A stretch of DNA of 7,988 nt, from the NCBI RefSeq assembly GCF_006345805.1, contig NW_021828623.1:1-7988 (forward strand). Reading direction: 5' to 3'. Both the position numbers and the translations under genes were made by a program. The notes beneath the pieces were generated by a model, which ran no database searches, was not told the DNA's origin, and saw nothing but the letters and a program-made list of their open reading frames with translations. Below, in pieces: positions 1 to 5,333 of this stretch. The first letter of the stretch is position 1. Every line of letters starts with the position of its first letter. The stretch is from Octopus sinensis (lineage: Eukaryota).

Positions 1-268
1 GGACTCCTAGCTTTGTTAGGGCAACCTTCCAGGAGAAGGTAACTCAGGTGACTGGGGTAACTCCGACATAAAACCTGCGGCTCAGTGGTTATCGATGATG
101 TTCACTTGTTCTTCTTTTCGGATTATGGGTGCTGTCGCTTAGTGAGTGAGATTGACTCAGTGCATAACTTTCCTCACTTAAAAAAAAATCTTCTGCACAG
201 GCATTGCACGATAGCAACATTGATTAAGCTTCATGCATTGGCCATACTCGATAACGAGGGGGCAGCCA

Positions 269-270
<2 letters not shown>
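1..270 (+). other. GC-richer non-coding segment, possibly a 5' UTR remnant of an RTE-type LINE (runs off window start)
   Basis: GGGCAACCTTCCAGGAGAAGGTAACTC (19-45) resembles, from memory, the GGGCAACC..AGGAGAAGG..AACTC motif of RTE-clade 5' regions. No RTE ORF follows; the segment ends at the (AT)n array. Recollection only, no alignment. Confidence 0.3.
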
Positions 271-334
<64 letters not shown>

Positions 335-484
335 GTATTCTTACAATATAGAGGAGTATATATATATATAGAGAGAGGGTAATATAATATATAATATATA
401 TATTATATATATATGTATATCTATATATATATGTATATATATATATATATATGTATATATTATATATATAAGATATATATCATG

Positions 485-576
<92 letters not shown>

Positions 577-607
577 TATATATATACATATATATATAAT
601 ATATATA

Positions 608-649
<42 letters not shown>

Positions 650-716
650 TATATATATATGTAGAGAGAGAGGAGAGGTATATATATAGAGAGAGAGGTA
701 TATATATATATATATA
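271..716. repeat. Compound microsatellite: (AT)20 at 271-310, (AG)12 at 311-334, then degenerate (AT)n with recurring (TA)n(GA)nGG blocks
   Basis: Read directly from the sequence. Confidence 0.97.
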
Positions 717-873
717 AATTAGAAACACCACCCATTATCAATTCAAAATGAACAATTAAATTACACCATCTAGAAAATTACATACAATAGAAATATTAAA
801 ATTAAAATAACAATAATGTACCGTTGATTAAGTAAATTGCAAAATAATAATAAAAACGTAATATTTAGTAGAA

Positions 874-976
874 TAACGACACGCGTTTCGTGGCTATATT
901 TAAGAAATGATTATAGTAAAAAATTAATAGTAATAGTAAAATCACTTCGATATAAATATAGCGACTTATCAGGTTA
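874..976 (-). ncRNA. Type I hammerhead ribozyme motif HH1, core variant CUGAUAA (G8A), probably impaired
   Basis: Minus strand reads TAAC-CTGATAA-GT(C)GCTATATTTA...TAAATATAGC(C)AC-GAAAC-GCGT-GTC/GTTA. Stem I 4 bp (973-976/874-877). Stem II has a perfect 10 bp (953-962/893-902) plus 9 bp (940-948/904-912) containing a G-U pair that forms only on the minus strand. GUC site at 880-878. Confidence 0.7.
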
Positions 977-1011
977 AAAATAAACTAGAATAATAAAACA
1001 ATTAATTAATA

Positions 1012-1402
1012 GGCGCAGGAGTGACTGTTTGGTAAGTAGCTTGCTTACCAGCCACATGGTTCCGGGTTCAGTCCCACTGCATGGCACCTTGGGCGAGTGT
1101 TTTCTACTATAGCCTCGTGCCGATCAAAGCCTTGTAAGTGGATTTGGCAGACGGAAAATGAAAGAAGCCCGTCGTACATATGAATATATATATATATGTA
1201 TCTGTGTGTATATGTTTGTGTGTCTGTGTTTGTCCCCCCCCCCAGCGCTTGACAATCGATGCTGGTGTTTTTACGCCCCCGTAACTTAGCGGTTCGACAA
1301 AGAGAGACCGATAGAATAAGTACTAGGCTTAGAAAGAATAAGTCCTGGGGTCGATTTGCTCGACTAAAGGTGGTGCTCCAGCATGACCGCACTCAAATGA
1401 CT
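1012..1402 (+). mobile_element. tRNA-derived SINE (octopus-type; tRNA head, CORE-like central block, internal TA/TG microsatellite, LINE-like 3' tail)
   Basis: Starts GGCGCAGGAG with Pol III A/B boxes. ACCTTGGGCGAGT (~1086-1098) resembles the CORE-SINE block. Internal (TA)/(TG) tract at ~1176-1232. The 3' end GGTGGTGCTCCAGCATGACCGCA matches the LINE tail in this window. Family assignment is from recollection. Confidence 0.88.
1022..1075 (+). promoter_or_regulatory. Internal RNA Pol III promoter of the SINE (A box TGACTGTTTGG 1022-1032; B box GGTTCAGTCCC 1065-1075)
   Basis: Matches the TRGCNNNNNGG-like A box and GGTTCRANNCC-like B box consensus with tRNA-like spacing. Confidence 0.75.
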
Positions 1403-1810
1403 AATAAATATAATTTTATTATATATATATATAGATAAGAATATACAATTAAAGTGAAAACTAAAACATACTTAAATTATTCAATACTTAAAATTAATTA
1501 ATATACACAATGCTAGTACAAGTCATTAATATTGTAATCAAAATAAGAAATGGTTCAAATATAGTCAAACTCATTAAATAAGCTAACTATATAATTAATA
1601 ATATGTGTAGTATCTATAGATTTAATATCACTCTATAATAGTGGACTAAATATCAATTAATATATACTTAATTATCTTAAATTTAATACTACTTAATTAA
1701 TATACCACCCTAAAATTAATAATATATTGTCTAACAAAATTAATTCTCACATTAAATTAAATGTAATACGTTAGATCCCTTTATAAAAAAATCTAAATAA
1801 ATAGATATAA

Positions 1811-1985
1811 TATTTTTAATTTATTTTTTATTTTTATCTAGTTTCAGCTCACAAGCTGTGGCTATGCTGGGGCACCGCTATTTGGTGTTGCTACATGATT
1901 TTACTTCACGAATGCTTTTTAGCAATTGCCTTTTGGTGCATGAAAGAGTTCGATGCAGCTGCCCTCATCTGCCCCATCTGCACCA
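1811..1985 (-). mobile_element. 5'-truncated 3'-end fragment of a CR1/L2-group LINE related to the element at 5334-7988
   Basis: Minus strand 1983-1906 encodes VQMGQMRAAASNSFMHQKAIAKKHS*, homologous to the long LINE C-terminus EVQMRVAILH*. It is followed by the shared tail GCGGTGCCCCAGCATAGCCACAGCTTGTGAGCTGAAACT (1878-1840) and an A-rich tail (T-rich on + at 1811-1836). Confidence 0.8.
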
Positions 1986-2175
1986 ATAATTAATATCTAT
2001 CGTAACTTATAACTATCAATATATATAAAAATGATATAATGGCGAAAATTATTTACTAATGGAAAGGTAAGAAATATTTCAGCCCCATAAATTAAAGAAA
2101 GATGTAAAAATATTAGAACAAATGAACAATACCTATGAAGATATTCAACCACAACCGACAGTCCACTACAAATCC

Positions 2176-2198
2176 ATATACATATATACATATAATAC

Positions 2199-2229
<31 letters not shown>

Positions 2230-2230
2230 T

Positions 2231-2267
<37 letters not shown>

Positions 2268-2293
2268 TATAATATATTATATATATATTATAT

Positions 2294-2337
<44 letters not shown>

Positions 2338-2340
2338 ATA
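2176..2340. repeat. Degenerate (AT)n microsatellite
   Basis: Read directly from the sequence. Confidence 0.97.
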
Positions 2341-2734
2341 AATGAAGTTTGAAAATGCTGCTATATTAGACAAATTTTAATTTTTAACATGCTTCGGTTC
2401 TTGAAATGAAGAACCTTATCAAAAAAATTATATATAATAAAGAGAGTTCATGCTATATGTTTAAAGAGTATGATGTAATAGTTCATAATTGGACATATTT
2501 CAATAGAGTCATATAAAAAATTCGTGTTCTTGAAAAGGCGAGTTCATTTCATCCCAGTAAATGACCACAGCATCTTGTCTTGGCTGCACGCTGGTGGGGG
2601 GGTTGGTGACAACTTCATTCACACTTTGAATTTGGTGATACTGGTAACGGGTTTAGCTCGCTCTGATACTGAGTTGAGATGATGTCTTCTAGTACCCGTC
2701 GAATTTAATATACAATTATTCATAATTGTAGTGT

Positions 2735-2824
2735 CCTACGCTGATGAGAAAAGAAGTTGGGTAAGACATATTATCTAATTCTTATGCTTTCCTAAAACTT
2801 AATTTCGAAACGTACGTCCGTAGG
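2735..2824 (+). ncRNA. Type I hammerhead ribozyme motif HH2, intact canonical core
   Basis: Stem I CCTACG 2735-2740 / CGTAGG 2819-2824. Core CTGATGA 2741-2747. Stem II GAAA 2748-2751 / TTTC 2803-2806, extended by AAGTT/AACTT (2754-2758/2796-2800) and TAAGA/TCTTA (2762-2766/2780-2784). GAAAC at 2807-2811. Palindromic stem III ACGTACGT 2810-2817. Predicted cleavage after GTC at 2818. Confidence 0.88.
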
Positions 2825-3111
2825 TGACTTAAATTTGTATGATAGATGCCGTCATTTCTTTCTCTCTTGCCTGTCTGTGTTTGCCTTTCAAGTGCTGTGT
2901 TTTACTGAGTCTCCCTTTTAGTAGAAAGAATAGCTATAACTCTTTGACTGCTATTTCTAAATTCGGTGTGTGGTGAGGCAAATCGTTGCTTAACACTTAA
3001 TTACTTAGTATTACTTAAACTTCCCTCGAATGAGGCTTTTACATGCCGAAATCTACTTGGTGAAATTAATGATTATTCCAAATTAATTAATTTCACCCTA
3101 TATTATTACTG

Positions 3112-3230
3112 ATATATATATATAATATATTATATATATACATTATATATATACATATACATATATGTATACACATACATATATATAACATACAGATATA
3201 TATATATCATATACATATACATATGTATAT
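3112..3230. repeat. Degenerate (AT)n/(ATAC)n microsatellite
   Basis: Read directly from the sequence. Confidence 0.95.
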
Positions 3231-3313
3231 ATTTTCATTTAGAGATAGTAGGCCCCTTCATCTCACCATATAAATAAGAATTTTTATTTTAAATACCTAT
3301 TATTTTATAACTT

Positions 3314-3408
3314 GGCTACACATGTTTCATGAGGTACATTTCTCGGTTCCTAAACCACTTCGTGTCTCGCTGGAACCATTCTTAAAATATAACCCCAACC
3401 ATCAGGCC
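3314..3408 (-). ncRNA. Degenerate type I hammerhead motif HH3 in the left arm of IR-A
   Basis: Minus strand reads GGC-CTGATGG-TTGGGG...CCTCAT-GAAAC-ATGT-GTA/GCC. It carries A9G and a U-U mismatch at the stem II base, but has a valid GUA site and a 3 bp stem I. Confidence 0.62.
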
Positions 3409-3964
3409 CCTAAATCACTTTCTCATCGTTCTATAGTGTGAGTACTTCGCTGGACTTTGCATTGTTAAGCCATAATTAAGACGTTGTAGGATAATGGAGT
3501 CACCGGTGACTTTTATATTTTCCTTTGCGTTACCATCAAGTTATTTTTATTTTATTTTATTTTATTTTGTAAATTTTTAAAAGTTATCATTCGTAAATTT
3601 TGCAGTTCGTAATTAGAACAATAGCTTTTATTCGAAAATCTTTATTCGTCATTGCCTCCATTTTTATACGTATTTTTATTCGTATGTATTTTTCTTGCCA
3701 TTCTTTTAATTCTATATCATTTTATATTATCACAAGTAGATATTTTAACCCTATATACTACTAACATAGATTTTGTAAATTTTTTATTTTTCGTTTTTTT
3801 TTTTGCATTCTTATTTTATTTTTGTAATTTTTATTTTGGTAATTTTTTATTTGAATTTTTATTTGAATTATGGCTTGTACTGTAGGGTCCAGCGAACCTA
3901 TTTTACACATACTTTAAAATTAAAATATAATTTATAGTATTGAACAATGAGTAAGTGATTTAGA

Positions 3965-4059
3965 GGCCTGATGATTGGGGTTATATTTTAAGAATGGTTC
4001 CAGCAAAATACGGCATGGTTAAGGAACCGGGAAATGTACCTCAAGAAACAAGTGTGGCT
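3965..4059 (+). ncRNA. Degenerate type I hammerhead motif HH4 in the right arm of IR-A
   Basis: GGC 3965-3967; CTGATGA 3968-3974; stem II TTGGGG/CCTCAA (3975-3980/4039-4044), continued by TATATTTT/GAAATGTA and GGTTCC/GGAACC; GAAAC 4045-4049; AAGT loop; GTG 4054-4056 (G at position 17 violates the NUH rule); GCT 4057-4059. Confidence 0.68.
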
Positions 4060-4168
4060 GAGATATAAGTAGTAAGTATTTAAATTAAAATTCTTTTATA
4101 TGGTGAGATGAAGGGGCCTACTATTTCTAAATGAAAATATATATTTCCTCATTGAGAATAATTTGAAC

Positions 4169-4273
4169 CCCTGTTATTCCGGAATTTTTATTCCCTAACA
4201 AATAAAATTAAATATACATACATATATATATAATATAATAATAATATTAGGGAATAAATCCAAATTTACAGGG
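4169..4273. repeat. Small imperfect inverted repeat around an AT-rich spacer
   Basis: CCCTGT 4169-4174 / ACAGGG 4268-4273, and a perfect 12 bp TTTATTCCCTAA 4187-4198 / TTAGGGAATAAA 4247-4258. Confidence 0.55.
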
Positions 4274-4414
4274 AAAAAATCAGATTTAGGATTAATCCAA
4301 TTTTATAGTAAAATATTATAAAATATTATTAGAGACAAACCACTATTTTGCAAAACAAACAAGGAAAGACTTAATCAATACATAAAATTTTAATAAATAG
4401 TAAAAAAAAAACCG

Positions 4415-4456
4415 CCACTACAATTGTTTCTTGTCTTGATCGACATCTTCAGGTGG
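4415..4456 (-). ncRNA. Minimal type I hammerhead HH5 (left arm of IR-B; 1-nt deletion in stem II)
   Basis: Minus strand reads CCAC-CTGAAGA-TGTC-GATCAA-GACAA-GAAAC-AATT-GTA/GTGG. It is identical to HH6 except for one missing T, which leaves an unpaired A before GAAA. Confidence 0.75.
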
Positions 4457-4502
4457 ACTTCCAATAAGTCAGTTTCAAATTTGAAACTGACTTATTGGAA
4501 GT

Positions 4503-4545
4503 CCACCTGAAGATTGTCGATCAAGACAAGAAACAATTGTAGTGG
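4503..4545 (+). ncRNA. Minimal type I hammerhead HH6 (right arm of IR-B), intact core
   Basis: Stem I CCAC 4503-4506 / GTGG 4542-4545; CTGAAGA 4507-4513; stem II TTGTC 4514-4518 / GACAA 4525-4529; GAAAC 4530-4534; palindromic stem III ACAATTGT 4533-4540; predicted cleavage after GTA at 4541. Confidence 0.88.
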
Positions 4546-4634
4546 CGGTTTTTTTTACTACTATTTATTAAATTTTTATGTATTGATTAAGTCTTTCCTG
4601 TTTGTTTTGCAAAATAGTGGTTTTGTCTCTAATA

Positions 4635-4640
<6 letters not shown>

Positions 4641-4713
<73 letters not shown>

Positions 4714-4796
4714 TATACATATATACATATACATATATGCGTATACATATATATATATACGTATACATATATATATACATATATATATACGTATAC

Positions 4797-4844
<48 letters not shown>

Positions 4845-4994
4845 ATATATACATATACATATATATATACATATACATATATAAAAAATACATATATATA
4901 TACATATACATATATATACATACATACATACATACATACATACATACTATATATATATAATATATATATATAATATATATATATATATAATATA
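4641..4994. repeat. (TA)n microsatellite (pure 4641-4710), then (AT)n interrupted by ATAC/ACGT units
   Basis: Read directly from the sequence. Confidence 0.97.
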
Positions 4995-4995
4995 G

Positions 4996-5184
4996 CAGCA
5001 AAATTAAGGAACGGCCATATAGGCCGTTCAACCCACTAGAAAGCAGCTAAGGCTTCAACGGCAAAAAAGTATTAATTCCGTAAAAGGAGATGTTTACGGA
5101 ATTAATACTTTTTTGCGGTTGAAGCCTTAGCTGCTATTTCTAGTGGGTTGAACGGCCTATTATGGCCGTTCCTTAATTTTGCTG
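4996..5184. mobile_element. Foldback element IR-C (MITE-like): 89/92 bp inverted arms, 8 nt spacer, with a subterminal GC-rich hairpin in each arm
   Basis: 4996-5084 vs 5093-5184 differ by one substitution and two small indels; spacer AGGAGATG. Nested hairpins GAACGGCC/GGCCGTTC at 5009-5029 and 5150-5171. No clear TSD and no hammerhead core found. Confidence 0.85.
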
Positions 5185-5281
5185 TTGAATTTATTAATAG
5201 TCTTTGACTATTTCCTTTTTCCCACTAGACCGCTGGTGGTAAATAATTTCTGCTGAATTTTTTGCTACCCTATATTGATTA

Positions 5282-5330
5282 ATTATATATATATATATAT
5301 ATATATATTTATAATATATATCATATACTA
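5282..5330. repeat. Short (AT)n microsatellite
   Basis: Read directly from the sequence. Confidence 0.9.
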
Positions 5331-5333
5331 TAC

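Larger units (their letters stand above)
3226..4143. mobile_element. Foldback element IR-A: long diverged inverted repeats around a ~390 bp T-rich spacer
   Basis: 3226-~3435 is the reverse complement of ~3938-4143 (about 85% identity by eye). A further inner match covers ~3446-3477 vs 3866-3896. Both outer ends read TATATATTTTCATTTAG. No coding capacity seen. Confidence 0.9.
4317..4644. mobile_element. Foldback element IR-B: near-perfect spacerless palindrome (163 bp + 165 bp arms)
   Basis: Symmetry axis between 4479 and 4480 (GTTTCAAA|TTTGAAAC). The arms differ only by a few small indels and about one substitution. The right end runs into pure (TA)n. Confidence 0.95.

Noticed and set aside
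85-664. ORFs 85-312, 341-589, 413-664
   Set aside because: Y/I dipeptide runs are translations of (AT)n; they stay open only because the repeat lacks stop codons.
1045-1392. 115 aa minus-strand ORF
   Set aside because: Antisense read-through of the SINE, including its internal microsatellite.
991-1420. Target-site duplications around the SINE (also checked for the LINE fragment and foldbacks)
   Set aside because: The flanks are too AT-rich to call a TSD above chance.
1997-2206. 69 aa minus-strand ORF
   Set aside because: Starts within the AT repeat; short, compositionally biased, no motif.
2515-2680. Possible decayed GIY-YIG C-terminus upstream of HH2 (KIRVLEKASSFHPSK; FIHTLN)
   Set aside because: Only vague resemblance, interrupted by stops, with no GIY/YIG or conserved Cys/Glu/Asn pattern. 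A TBLASTN/HMM search against PLE proteins would be needed.
3023-3056. CGAATGA-GGC...GCC-GAAA, resembling a seventh hammerhead
   Set aside because: The core has two mismatches, and there is no stem III, NUH site or stem I; cannot be supported.
3652-3885. 77 aa hydrophobic F/L/Y-rich ORF resembling a membrane peptide
   Set aside because: Expected from the T-rich IR-A spacer; no recognisable homology or splice context.
4317-4644. Viroid-like or retroviroid interpretation (rod-like RNA with hammerheads of both polarities)
   Set aside because: The arms are near-exact reverse complements, which indicates inverted duplication rather than an evolved rod. There is only one cleavage site per strand and no direct repeat to release a circularisable monomer.
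4514-5031. Five overlapping Y/I/M-rich ORFs on both strands
   Set aside because: Microsatellite translations with no protein signal.
271-5330. CRISPR-like or satellite array
   Set aside because: The repeats are dinucleotide microsatellites and inverted repeats; there is no direct repeat-spacer periodicity, and the context is eukaryotic.
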